Source: Azolla caroliniana
Lineage: Eukaryota > Plantae > Polypodiophyta
DNA length: 64,000 nucleotides
Direction of reading: 5' to 3'
Assembly: GCA_043228905.1 (NCBI GenBank)
Contig: JBHGNT010000011.1
Span: forward strand, 4,278,001-4,342,000
Shown here: positions 29,527 to 41,797 of the stretch, piece by piece
Numbering within the stretch: the first letter of the stretch is position 1
Layout: each line of letters starts with the position of its first letter
The notes under the pieces: generated by a model
Databases searched by the model: none
What the model was told of the DNA's origin: nothing
What the model saw: only the letters and a program-made list of their open reading frames with translations
Position numbers and translations under genes: made by a program

Positions 29527-32500
29527 AGCGGTGCATGTGGTGTGAGACGATCGGTCACATTCGGAAGGATTGCGCGGATTTCGCCGACGCGCTCAGGACC
29601 AACGTCGTGTACCTCTGGAACGGGCGGGTGCACGCGAGCGAGATCCAAAGAGCCCTAGAACTGAATACGGGGCGCGGCGGAATGAAGAGGTTGATGGAAG
29701 AGGCCGCGGCACGGCACGTCGAAGCCGTCAACTACTCGGTGTCGGCAGGAATTCGGGTCGGGGGTGATGAGACCCGGAAGGCGAAGGACTCTGGATTCTG
29801 GCCGCTAGTGCTAGAAGGCCTCTCCGGAGTTTGGCTGAGGAAGGAAGAGGCGGACCGCGCGGAACAGCCGGTCCAGGAGGTCACCGGTTGGGACGATCCG
29901 GTCAAAGAGAAAACGGGCTTCGTAGAAGCCACTTGCCAGAACTACGAGGTTCTGGTGGAGGACAAACGGGCAGGAAAGGCCGAAGGGGTCGGCCCCCCGA
30001 GGTATGAGACCTGGTTCGGACCGAAACCGACCGGTGCAACCCAGGCGCGCCAGACGGAAAGAAGCAGGCGGGGTTTCGGTTGAGCACCGAGATCGAAAGG
30101 ACCAGACCTGCGAAAGGTCCTGGAGGAACATATCCTCGACAGCAAAGTGGAGTTGTCATTGTGGGAGGTGCTGGGAATCGCCAAGAGGGAGTTCCACGAC
30201 TCTATCGTAGACTTGGTGAGGCGCAAGAGGCTCTTGATGGAGCTGGAACTGGAGAAGCCGGTGGAGGTGCCGACCACGCACCTGGAAGACGAAGCCCTGG
30301 AAGACGAGTTGGCGGGAAGCCACTACACGAAGCCGCATTGGGCCAGGGCGACTACGGAAACCCCTATACGGATCGGCAACGTTCTGGAAGCAGTGGTGGC
30401 ATTGGTAGACCATGGATCCGAAATCAACCTGATGTCCATGGATTTCTACAAGAAGGGTAAATGGCCGATCAACACCAAGCATGGCTGGAAGATACGAGTA
30501 GCGTCGCGTGCCACGGAAGAACTACATGGGACCTGTCCGAACGTACGGGTGAAAATCGGCGATGTCTAGATCGACCAGCACTTCTTCGTGCAGGAGACGT
30601 CCTCGCATCCGTTTATACTAGGAGAGCTATATATCATGGCAGCACGGATGGACACCAAGGTGCTGGACAATGGTTCTGCCTATGCAAGAGTCAAGAGCCA
30701 GGACGGGCGTCACTCGGTCCAGTTCCTAACGGTGCGACCAAACCACGAGCGTAACTGCGAGGCCCTCGGCAGTGGAACCCGAGGGGATTTTTAGAGAGGG
30801 CTATCAAGGCATGGGGCCACGATAGTCCGGACACCGGGGAACAACCCCACAAATGTACAGTACGGAAGAAGACTTGTACCATGGGTAGGAAGTTTTGGTT
30901 CTCCGACAACAGAGGTTGTACTATAACCGGTGTCAGCGGCCGGGAGAGGAAGCGAGCGGAGGAGCGGCTCAAGGGATGCGGAGTCTTCTTCCCCGACGAA
31001 GACATCAGCGGCGCCGTGGAGGCGGTCTCTTTTGATGACACCTTGGGCTAACTACGAAAGGTGATCGATGAAGACCTTAGAGAAGACCGGACCGTTCTGG
31101 TAGGATCGATGGGAATGTACAAAGTCATCACGAACTTCGGGGAAAGGATCGGGTCGGATCGGACGGCCCACGTGGATACAAAGTACAAGACGGTGGACCG
31201 GAAGGTGAGGCCAATCGCGGCACCCTTGCCGAAGGGCAGCGAGGGGCGGATAAAAGGGGTCACGTCGGACCCAAGTTTACGGAATTCGGCTGGCATAGGG
31301 CACCGGTTCACCGAAATAACGCTACGGGAGCTCAAGGTCGGTGGGGGCGGCTTCCTACTGCCGGCGGAGGAGGACTGGTTTCGGAGAATGCTCGGGAGGC
31401 ACGGGAAGGCTTTCGCATTCTCACCAGAGGAGATCGGGTGCGTAGACCCAACAGTTGTCGAACCGATGGTGATCTTCACGGTACCGCATGTACCGTGGAA
31501 TCTCAAGCCGATTCCGGTGCCAAGAGCTCACATCCCGAAGTTGATGGAGCTCCTAAAGCAAAAGGTGGGGATGGGCATCCTCGAACCATCGAGTGCCCCG
31601 TATTCGAATCGGTGGTTTACAGTGCCACAAGGAGGGACGAACTCAGTGGCTCACATGGTGAACGCGATGAACAAAGTGCTCAGGGATTGTATCCCAGACA
31701 TCACCATGCCATTCTTAGATGACATCCCGATCAAGGGATGCCCGGTGGAGAAAAGGGACGAGGCAATCGGGCCGGACGGATGTCGAATTTCGTGGCGTCC
31801 CACATCGATGACTGCGAGAAGCTGCTGCAGAGACTAGAGCGCGCGAGGCTCACCTTCTCCGAGGAAAAGTCGGCCTTCGGACAGTCGGAGATCTTGGTGG
31901 TCGGACACCTGTGCGAGCCTTATGGTAGGAAACCGTCTTTGGCAAAGGTAGAGGCCATCTCCGCGATGAGGAACGATTGCGGGTCGGTCACGGAGGTCCA
32001 CAGATTCTTGGGGGCATGCGCGTTCTACCACATCTGGATCCCGCACTATGCACATGTCGCGGAACCCCTCTACGGACTATTGAAAAAGGGGCGTAGCTTT
32101 GAGTGGAGGACGGAGCACACGGAGTCGGTTCGCAAACTAAAGGAGGCGCTTACGGCAGTGCCGGCTCTCCGTAAAGCGGTTTACGGCAAGGATGTTCCCA
32201 TCTGCGTAACGGTGGACACCAGCCCGACCGGGATCGGGTGGGTAATCAATCAGGAGGACAAGGGCGACGTACGATTCCCGATCCGGTTCGGGGCGAAGGT
32301 ATTGAGCGAGCGGCAGCGAGGGTACGCCCAAGTTAAGCGCGAACTTTGGGGTGTCGTTTCGGCAGTCAAGGCCGACAAGGATTATCTAATTGGGACGGAG
32401 GTGATTATCGAGACGGACTGCCTGCCAATACTCGGAATGGTTTCTGAATGCGCGACGCCGGACCTAGCAATGCTCCGGTGGATAGCGTACATTAAGTCCC

Positions 32501-34041
32501 TGAACCCGGAGATACAGCACATCTCCGGAAAGGACAACGCCATGGCCGACATGCTTTCGAGGGCACGGTTCAACGACGAAGACAGCATGGTTTCGGATGA
32601 CGAAGAAGTCGGCGAGGACTTCTTCGAGTCGGCTAACGTAACGACGAGGAAAGGGAACACTCCGGTGCTTAACGAATTTGACGAAAGCAGGTACGACAGG
32701 GAGTGGCTCCAAATTGGGAGGTTCCTACGGACTATGACGCCGGACGCAGCATGGGCGAGAGAGGAGGCGAGTCGGGTACGGAGGAAGGCGTACCGATTCT
32801 TCCTGCGGGACGGGTGCATATGGAGGCACCCAAAGAAGAGAATCGGCAACCCACTCCGAGTAGTGGCAAAGAAAGAAGAACAGGGGAAACTATTGGCGGC
32901 ATTCCACGAGAGCCCATGGGCCGGACACCGCGGAACGTGGGCCACGTTTGAGAAGCTGAAGGAGAAGTACTGGTGGTCGAGGTTGTACCAGGACGTGCAT
33001 TGGTTCGTAACGACTTGCGAAAGCTGTCAGGTGCACTCCATAGTCCGACACCGGGACGAGCTATACCCGACCTACCCGCCTACGGTCCATTTCAAGTGGA
33101 TGGTGGACTTGGTGACGATGCCGATGGGGGTAGGACAGATGCGATACCTGGTGCTTGCACGGGAAGACTTAACGAACCAGGTGGAAGGCCGTGCACTGCA
33201 AAGCAAGACAACCGCGGCGGTATGCCGGTTCCTGATAGAAGAAGTAGTGTGTCGGTACGGGTGTGTCGGGAGGATCATGGCGGACCGGGGAGAGCTGGAT
33301 GCGCGGGAGGCCGAGGAGCTGTTTGACCGGCTAGGCATCAAACTCTCCCTCACCACGGCGTACAATCCGGAGGCGAACGGAAAGGTGGAACGTGGGCACG
33401 GACCGATTGTAAAGGCGTTGCTGCGTGCATGCGGTGGGCAGGTCGGGAATTGGCCGCGACTCCTTCCTTACGCACTATGGGCGGACCGAACTACGCACAA
33501 TTCGGTGACAGGGTTTATGCCGGCGGAGCTAATGTACAGACAAAAGCTGATCATGCCGGTGGAACGGACGGTTTCTTCGTGGGCGGCGATAGATTGGAAG
33601 GACGAAATGAGCTGGGAGGAGTTGTTGGTGGCGCGGATTCGGCAACTCGAGCGGAGGCCGGAGGATGTGATACAGGCGAAGGAAAAGCTATGAGCGGCAA
33701 GGGAGCGGAACCAGATCCGGTTCAACTGGACGCACCGGTTGCGACCAAAGAAGATCGAGGAAGGCGACTGGGTCTTGGTATACGACAGCAGCCTCGACAA
33801 TCAGCACAAGGCGGTGCGGAAGTTTGCTAGGAGATGGTTCAGGCCCTACACGGTGACGAGCGCGAACGACAACGGCACATACCACCTCGCGGAACTCGAC
33901 GGGACATGGTTAGCGGTGCCAGTGGCCGGAAAGAGGATCAAAGCGTTCAAAAAGCGGTTCGAAGAGGAGCCGGAGCCTGCGAGCGAGAGCAACAACGACG
34001 ATCAGTTCGGGTCCGGCGGAGAATCGGAGAGCAACGAGTGA
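29527..34041 (+). pseudogene. G2 gag C-terminus, PR, RT, RNase H, INT; disrupted, with an in-frame RT deletion near 31625
   Basis: ORFs 29475, 30147, 30588 (gag/PR frame), 31061, 31738, 33739; SNRWFTVP is fused directly to QGGTNS, so the middle RT motifs are missing. Confidence 0.9.
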
Positions 34042-35225
34042 GGCCGGGTTTCTTCGATATCTACCCGTCTCTGGCGCATGCCGGTGGATGCGTGGTTTGG
34101 TGGGGGTGGATGTCGTGAAGAAAACCGGCCATAGGCGGAATCGGAGAGAAAGCGCGTAAACCAGCCCTTACAGGGATGGACACGTGACTTGATATTTTGT
34201 ACACGAACCGGTGGATGTAGATACTAATCCGCACGCATTTATTAGAGGGGGATTGTGCATATCCCTGTCAGAGGGACATGGAATAAAGCGAATGGACAAG
34301 GAAAAAAAGGGGGGAGATCGCGCGGGAGAGAGAGGAGGAAGCGTTGCTGCAGAACCAAGGGGGGAGCTCTCTCTCTTCTCCTACAGCCGTCGTTCTTTGC
34401 AGCCGTCGGGAGTTCGCTACCTCTGCTTAGGGGACAGCCCACGTGCTTCCAGCAGAGTCTCTCCTTCCCCCCCTTTGTTTTTGGGAGTCGTGTGACTGTC
34501 GTCGGTGTGCGTGAGTAGGGTTCCCGTGTCGGGTCTGACGCCGCCTTGTCGGTTGTAACCATCGGAGTTTGTAATCTCTTGTCATTGTAATTAAGTGTTA
34601 AAGTTCTATATCTCTCTTTCTCACTTCTACTTGTCGGTGAATCTCTCTCTCTGTCTCTGTCTCTCTCGCTCCTCGGTCCAAGACCCCCGTGGTCCCGCCC
34701 CTTTCTACACGTACGCGCGTAACAACGCGACAACGGGCTTTTGGGTCTTTCTTTAGTATTTCTATCCTATTACGTATCTCTCTCTGGTATAGTATCGCAA
34801 CCCCTCTAGACCCTCTAGTAGTATGTCGACGTGAGGTTTGTCTAAAGACAGATTCCCAACGAAAACCGTCAACTCGTGGCAGTCCTCGATTTGGGCTCTG
34901 ATGTGTTTCTACTAAAAGACTATGTCTGATACCTTCAAAATCTCCTCTAGACGGCCAAGGTGTGTCCAAAGTGCACCGTTACAGTTCCATAAAGTCATCC
35001 TAAGTTTATTGTTTGTCACATGGGCCACACGCCGTCAATTGGCAGGGCTTCGTACCCCAACATTTTCCTTAATGTTTGCACATCTTCGTCAGGAGATGCC
35101 CCTTCCTTGTGTCAGGAGCACTACTAAGACTGAGAAGTATTGTCAGGAACAATACTAAAACAGAGAAAGAATTAGTACTAAAAGATGAGGATTAGTACTA
35201 AGGGAGGTGTAGAACTCTCGAGAGA

Positions 35226-35282
<57 letters not shown>

Positions 35283-37140
35283 GATAACAAAGATATATAT
35301 ATTATGTTAAGGGAATATACAATAGTAGCTAGGAGGCTTAAGACTGGCATTGAACCGATTTGGTTCAAAATAATGCCTTGTGCCTCCTTTTATAGTGTTC
35401 TCAGGAGTACTCCTAAAGTTTCTAGAATGTTCTAGAGAAATCTGGAATATGCATCAATTTTCTATAGTAAAACCTAAATGAAAATAATATTTTTCATATT
35501 ACAACATATAGTCTAATGGTCAAGAGCTCGACCCATGTAACATAAGGTCATGAGTTCAAGTCTTGACATATCATGACACTATCCTCCTTTTAAACGACAA
35601 GTGTCGCGAGTCTTTTTGGATTGAGGACCCGATTTGTCTGGATATTGAAGATGGAAGTCTTCAAGAAGAGCACGAGCACTGGTCACATTCTCTATTGGTT
35701 CCAAAGTACACTCACTGGGACTATATCCTAGCCAATCACCTAAATAGTAGAGCTTGTTGCGAACAATCTTGGAATCAAGGATGGCAGCAACCTCGTACTC
35801 AGGTTCATCTTCAAGCTCAATCGGGGGTGGAGGTTGTTTAATATGACCTGGGATGGTGCTGTTTTGATAGGGTTCAAGGAGAGAACTATGAAACATCAGA
35901 TGTATCTGAAGTTGTGGAGGTAGATCGAGACTAAAAGTGACATCATTAATTTTTCCGATAATACGGAAAGGACCTAATCTCCGGTAATCCAACTTCTCCC
36001 ATGGGCGAGTAGTCTTGATGTGTCATCGTAGTAGCCACACCCGATCTCCAATGTCAAAACTGGATGGAAGCCGATGACGATCCGCGTAAATCTTATGTGT
36101 TTGTTGAGCTTGTTGTACATGAGTAGATAAATCCGCTTGTATCTTACGTAGCTGCTCCAAACGATCCTCTACACAAGGATTTGTAGGTAACTCTAGGGTT
36201 TCAAATACACACCATCGGGGGTAACAACCTGTGTAAGCATAAAATGGTGTCACCTTTATCGATGAGCGGACAGAGTTATTATACCAGAAGGATCGTTGTA
36301 CTAAATCTAGTGTTTTAGTACTACCAAAATGCCCAGCTGTATATGTGTCGTGACAGTTTTGGACTACTTGAAGGCGACAAGTACCATTAGGAACATACAA
36401 GAGTTTCTTAAAGAATAGTAATCCATCATGACATTCGAATTGTCGATAGTCCATACTTGGTTGTTGCAACTGTGAATAAGATACTCGAGAGGGATCAATT
36501 TGTGCTAGAATGTCTTGAGCGAAAACATCTGTCTTCAAGTCCTCACATATGGTATCGATAACGTGGGAATCCAAGGGCACACCGAAGACCTTTGCTTGCA
36601 GTCGTGCCGGTCCTAAGATTACTTTCTTTTGGTTATCGAAAGTCGGCTCGTCGGGACGCGGTGCTAGATACGAACACCGTGATAATGCATCAGCCTTCCC
36701 TTGTTGCTTCCCTGGACGATATGTAAGTTTGAATTCAAAACGACTGAGGAATTAGGCCGACCGAGCTTGACGTCGATTTAACACACGAGCATTCTGAAAG
36801 TAGGCAAGGTTTTGTGATCACTGAATACGATGACTTGATGAGAAGACCCCTGTAGAAAATGCCTCCATTGCGTAAAAGAGTCCACTATTGCTAATAGCTC
36901 CTTATCATGAATTTCATAGTTCATTTTCGTGGCGTCAAACTTACGTGAATGGAAAGCCACAAGATGTAGCTTTTCATCATTGCCTTGTTGAGACAGAATG
37001 CTACCCAAGGCGAAATCCAACGCGTCTACTTCAATGATGAATGGTTTTTCTAGATCAACATGAGCTAAAATAGGAGCTGATGTAAATGCCTTCTTAAGAC
37101 TCTCAAAAGCAATGTCCGCTTCTTCAGACCAAACGAACGA

Positions 37141-37444
37141 TTTTCCCTTCTTGGTAAGTTGTGTGAGAGGCAGAACAAGCTTTGAGTAATCTTGTATGAA
37201 CTTGCTGTAAAAATTGGCAAAGCCTAAAAAGCATTGCACATCTTGCAACGAACGCGGAGTCTGCAACTCTACTGCCGTTTTGATCTTAGTTGTTTTCCCT
37301 TCCTAGTAAGTTGTGTGAGAGGCAAAACAAGCTTTGAGTAATCCTATATGAACTTGCGGTAAATATTGGCAAAGCCTAAAAAGCATTGCACATCTCGCAA
37401 CGAATGCGGAGTCTGACACTCTACCACCGTTTTGACCTTAGTTG
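37141..37444. repeat. 152-bp tandem duplication in G3 RT/connection region
   Basis: 37141-37292 versus 37293-37444, about 14 mismatches by eye. Confidence 0.9.
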
Positions 37445-40126
37445 GATCCATGGAGGTGCCTTCCAAGGAAATGACATAGCCCAAAAATTCTACCTAGTTG
37501 CACCCGAAACTACATTTTTCCAGTTTTGCATAAAGACCATGTTCTCGAAGTCGTTTTACTACTAACAGTACATGAGAATCATGCTCTTCTTGGGTCTTCG
37601 AATAAACCAGTAGATCATCCAAATAGATTATCAAAAAATCATCCAATAGATCTTGGAATATATCATTTGCCATGTGTTGGAAGACTGCTGGCGCATTAGT
37701 GAGGCCGAATGGCATGACCGTATACTCGAAGTGCCCATGTTTGGTGCGAAACGCAGTCTTCCATTCATCTCCTAGTTGGATCCATACGAGGTTATACGCT
37801 CCTCGTAAGTCGATCTTTGTGAAGAACCTTGCACCATTGGTCCGTTCTAAAAGACTTGAGATAAGAGGAAGTGCATACCTATTCCTGATGGTGACTTTAT
37901 TCAACCCACAGTAATCTACGACGAGACGAAGTGATCGATCCTTTTTCTTGACGGCTGGAGATTTCGAATGTTCAAGGAAACCATTTGCCAAATTCTCCTC
38001 TATATAGGCTCGAAGGACTTCTAGCTCGGTTGGTGACAAATTGTAGATTGGTCCCCATGGTGGCTTTTTTCCCGGTTGTAAATCGATGGAGCAATCATAC
38101 GGTCAATGGTGAGGAAGCATATTAGCTCGTACTTTATCAAACACATCGGCAGAATGACGATACTTCTCTGGAAGTTGAACGGTGGACTCCTCTTTATTGA
38201 TACTGGAGGGGTTTACTGATATTGCGAAGAGAAACATTTCTTCCTTGAGTCCTTCCTCTCGCAACTAATGTAGTGAAATGGTTGGCACAATCTTATGAGT
38301 AGATCCTCGGGTTTGTTGACACCGTATTTCTCTTGTTCTCCAATCTATGGCTAGGTTATGTAATTCGAACCATGGTAATCCCAAAACAATGGGATGTTCT
38401 GGGATACTAATTATATTAAATGATACTACACACGCTAAGTTATCTAGGACAATATTAATGGGTTCTGACTCTTCTATAATATTCCCGGAAGCAATGGGAC
38501 GACCATCAATGACTACTACAGAGGCTGGACATGGGAGTTTCTTTAGGGATATCTGATGAGCTTGGGCAAAATTCCTATTCATGAAGCAAGAGTTGGCTCC
38601 GGAATCTAAGAGTGTTGAGACATGTACTAGAGGAGTACTTTTAGTACTAACCATTACTTGAGCTAAGAACACATTGCTAACTTGCTTAGAGGAAATGGAA
38701 CCACTAATGGGCTGCATAGATCTAGGGTTGTCCAACCAAACGGCTCCTATTTTGGCTGGACTTAATCGTTTAACTCTTCTTCTAGTTGACTAAGGATTTC
38801 AAATATTTTTGAAAGGCTTGGGCTATTAGGACTATCAAACACACCTAGAGGAAAGGCTTTGCTACGATTGAAGCATAGGTGGGCTCCGATCTTGTCCATG
38901 GCATTTGGAATTGTCGTTCCGAACGTCGTTTGAAGAGGCGATTATCGCATCGCACCGCATGACTGATTGCTTCTGTCAATTACTTTGGCTCCTCGGGGAA
39001 AGTTAAGGGTAAATCTCTAACATCATTACGTATGCCAAAATGAAATTTCTCCATTAGTGCCTGGTCATCCTAAGGAATATCGGTGGTGAGAAGACGAAAA
39101 TCCGCAGCATAAGCCGAGGTCGACCGCTCACATTGGCGTAATCTTCGGATTTTGTTGATTGTTGTTCTAGCACTATCGGTATCTCCAAAACAGGCTTTAA
39201 ACTCGATAATAAACTCTTCGAAATTATTTAACAAGGGAGAGCTTTTTTCTAACAGGGGGGCGAACCATGCCAAAGTTGTGCCACTAAGTAGAGTTCCTAC
39301 TAGTCCCACTCGTGATGCATCGGTGGGATATCGAGAAGGATGCATTTCAATGACTAATCATACCTGATTAAGGAATCCTCTAAATTGCGATCGCGTTCCA
39401 TCGAATTTCATGGGAAGGCCGATCTTGGGTTCTTTATGAATCCCTTGTGTACTGGGTCCTTGTTGTTGCATCGCTACTAAGGTTGCTTCGAGTTGTTGCA
39501 CGCGTACCACTAGTTCCCCATGTTGTTGCGTTTGCTGCTTTTCTAAGGAGATTTGTTGAAGATCCCCCAACAACCGTTGATTTTCTTGTTCCAAAGCAAG
39601 GAACTTCTCTTTCAAGCATTGCAACTCTGAGAAAACAGATTGATATTCTTGAGCGCTAACAGTGGCCATAGTATGAGAGAAAAGAGGAATAAGATATTAG
39701 TATGAAGGGAGGGAGAAGTAAGAGGATAAAGGAAGCGACGGAAGGAGAGGAAAATTGGTTCAAACTGTAAGGAGCAGTACTAAGACAGAGAAGTATTATC
39801 AGGAACAGTACTAAAACAGGGAAGGAATTAGTGCTAAAAGATGAGGATTAGTACTAAGGGAGGTGTAAAACTCTTGAGAGAAGGAGAGAGAGAGAGAGAG
39901 AGAATGAGGATAACAAAAGATATATATTATTTTAAGGGAATATACAATAGTAGCTAGGAGGCTTAAGACTGGCATTGAACCAATTTGGTTCAAAATAATG
40001 CCTTGTGCCTCCTTTTATAGTGTTCTCAGGAGTACTCCTGAAGTTTCTAGAATGTTCCAGAGAAATCTGGAATATACATCAATTTTCTATAGTAAAACCT
40101 AAATGAAAATAATATCCTTCGTATTA

Positions 40127-40197
40127 CAACATATCGTCTAATGGTTAAGAGCTTGATCCATGTAACATAAGGTCATGGGTTCGAGTCTTGCCATATC
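40127..40197 (+). ncRNA. tRNA-like / Pol III A-box and B-box cassette in G3 LTR (second copy ~35502-35572)
   Basis: A box T(C/A)GTCTAATGG at 40134 and 35509; B box GGTTCGAGTC at 40178 (GAGTTCAAGTC at 35552); T8-to-T54 spacing 46 nt as in tRNA. Stems are imperfect, so not a functional tRNA. Confidence 0.55.
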
Positions 40198-41068
40198 ATG
40201 ACACCTTGAGCCCAATAACTTGTACATTTAGGCGTCGAGCTTGACACATTTTTTCTTCCTCAAGGGTAGTGTTTACAATATTTTCATCCTTTAGTTCCTT
40301 TTTAATATTACATTTTACTACATCAACCCACCCAGTTTTTGCTAAGTCCATATCGCTTTTAACCTCTTCCTTAGCCTTTTTTATCTCGTCCTTAATATCC
40401 TCTAGGAAAGATATTTCCCCATCTTCCCTAGATGTCTCAAGATCCTTAACTTGTTTCTGAAGGTTCGTGTTGTCTACTTTAAGTTTCGTTATTTCAGCAA
40501 TAAGCACTTCTTTTTCTTCCTTATCTTTTTGTTTTTCAACTTCAATCTCTTTCGCCCATTTTTCTAGTTTAACTAAAAAATTCTTCCTTACTTATAATTT
40601 CTTCATGTGTTTCCTTATGGTTTCGTCTGGAAGTCATGTTGTAAATCAAAAGATAAAAGAAAGAAAAGACAAAGAGAACAGAAAAAACTTAGTCGAGCAT
40701 CGGTGCCTTGCGCGCTAGGTTCGAGTGTAGAAGGACATGTATGCTTCAGCCGATTACATCGTCAGAAGCGTAGGTGATAGTAGGGACGGACAACGACAAC
40801 AGCGCCAACGACTACACACGACAACGGTGGCACCAACGACTACACATGACAATGACGGCGACGGCCAAGAACTCCGACAACGGTGACAACGGCAAACGTC
40901 AGATGACGGCGATGGCGGCAGCAGCAACAACAATGGCCGCAGACAGCTACGACATCAACAGACGGTGGCAGTAGACAGTGGCTGCAGACAATGATGGCAG
41001 CAAGCGACGGCAGTAGATGGCAATGGCAACGGCAACGGCAAAAAGAGTCGTTACTAGAGAGAGAGAGA

Positions 41069-41490
41069 TAGATTATATTATCGTCTTCGGAGGTCAAATA
41101 TGACCTATGAGACCAAAAATATTACATTTCACGTGATACGTGTGAAAGTGAGTAGTTACTCTCGATGTTCAAGAACTTTACCAATGAATGTTGCAATCGA
41201 GAGTGCACATTGTGGTTGTGAGAGGAATTCATGCAAGGATTAGGCTCAGTCGAAGAGATGTGGAAAGCATGGTCAAATATGATGAAAGGCAGAGCATTGT
41301 ATCAAAGTGTGATACTCTGACTCGCGAACTTGTTTAGGACAAAGTGTGCATAGCCGACCCCTCTCATCACTTGTGCCCCAACACCCTAATTCACATCACA
41401 ATGAATGTGAGCTAAGTCACATGGAAGCAATGGTTCGAATGACAGATAACGGTATGGGCTCTAACATGTATCGATGTGTACGTTTTCCCC

Positions 41491-41495
<5 letters not shown>
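41069..41495 (-). mobile_element. Lf: 5'-truncated RTEX-like LINE 3' fragment flanked by (GA)n on both sides
   Basis: Minus-strand translation LSSHSL*CELGCWG..RLCTLC..ESEYHTLIQC (LINE C-terminal Zn-finger region); 3' end homologous to that of L1 (GTCTCAT..hairpin..GAAGACG.TAATAT). Confidence 0.8.
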
Positions 41496-41522
<27 letters not shown>

Positions 41523-41797
41523 GAGGAGGAGGAGAAAGAAAGTAGGAGAAAGAAAGTAGGAGAAACAAGAAAATCAGAGAAACAAAGTAGGACAAAATCA
41601 GAAAATCACAAGGAAAAGAAGGACGAGGAGACACGAGAGGAACAATTATTCGCGGCTACATCGACATAATTGGGCAAGTGCTACAACAACATTCTTCTTC
41701 GACGGGAAGCTCGAATGTCATCGTGTCTATTTCAGGTTAATCATCCTCCTATTAATTTCCTTTTCCTTATAATTGGGGTGTAGTATATCTAGAAGCA

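Larger units (their letters stand above)
22556..34732 (+). mobile_element. G2: full-length non-chromovirus Ty3/gypsy (possibly Phygy/Selgy-like), hosts C4
   Basis: LTRs 22556-23160 and 34111-34732 (TGTCGTG..GCGACA), TSD ACGG, PPT-like 34098-34110; gag 23178-24060, CMWCETIGHIRKDC knuckle, PR LVDHGSE, RT FLDD, RNase H, INT; no chromodomain. Confidence 0.95.
35110..40203 (-). mobile_element. G3: chromovirus (Tcn1-like) Ty3/gypsy inserted in L1 ORF1
   Basis: LTRs 35110-35578 and 39766-40203, TSD CCTTG (35105-35109, 40204-40208); gag LPMKFDGTR, PR LLDSGA, RT YLDD, RNase H, INT with its core deleted, chromodomain EYEVAAILDS (35579-35992). Confidence 0.95.
19157..41055 (-). mobile_element. L1: near full-length RTEX/L2-CR1-type non-LTR retrotransposon, split by G2 and G3
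   Basis: ORF1 coiled coil plus RRLNVQVIGLK|EGASPDE rejoined across G3; APE endonuclease WNCNG (34998), ETH, DPKAR|FMWV rejoined across G2, GDFNART, ADH; RT VDFRKAFD, GVKQGCPLSPTLF, YAED, YLG (19989-21353); C-terminal C..EDEYHF..C near 19830-19880; (CTTT)n tail. Clade assignment is tentative. Confidence 0.88.

Noticed and set aside
40127-40197. Functional tRNA gene
   Set aside because: Acceptor and anticodon stems do not pair properly; reported only as tRNA-like.
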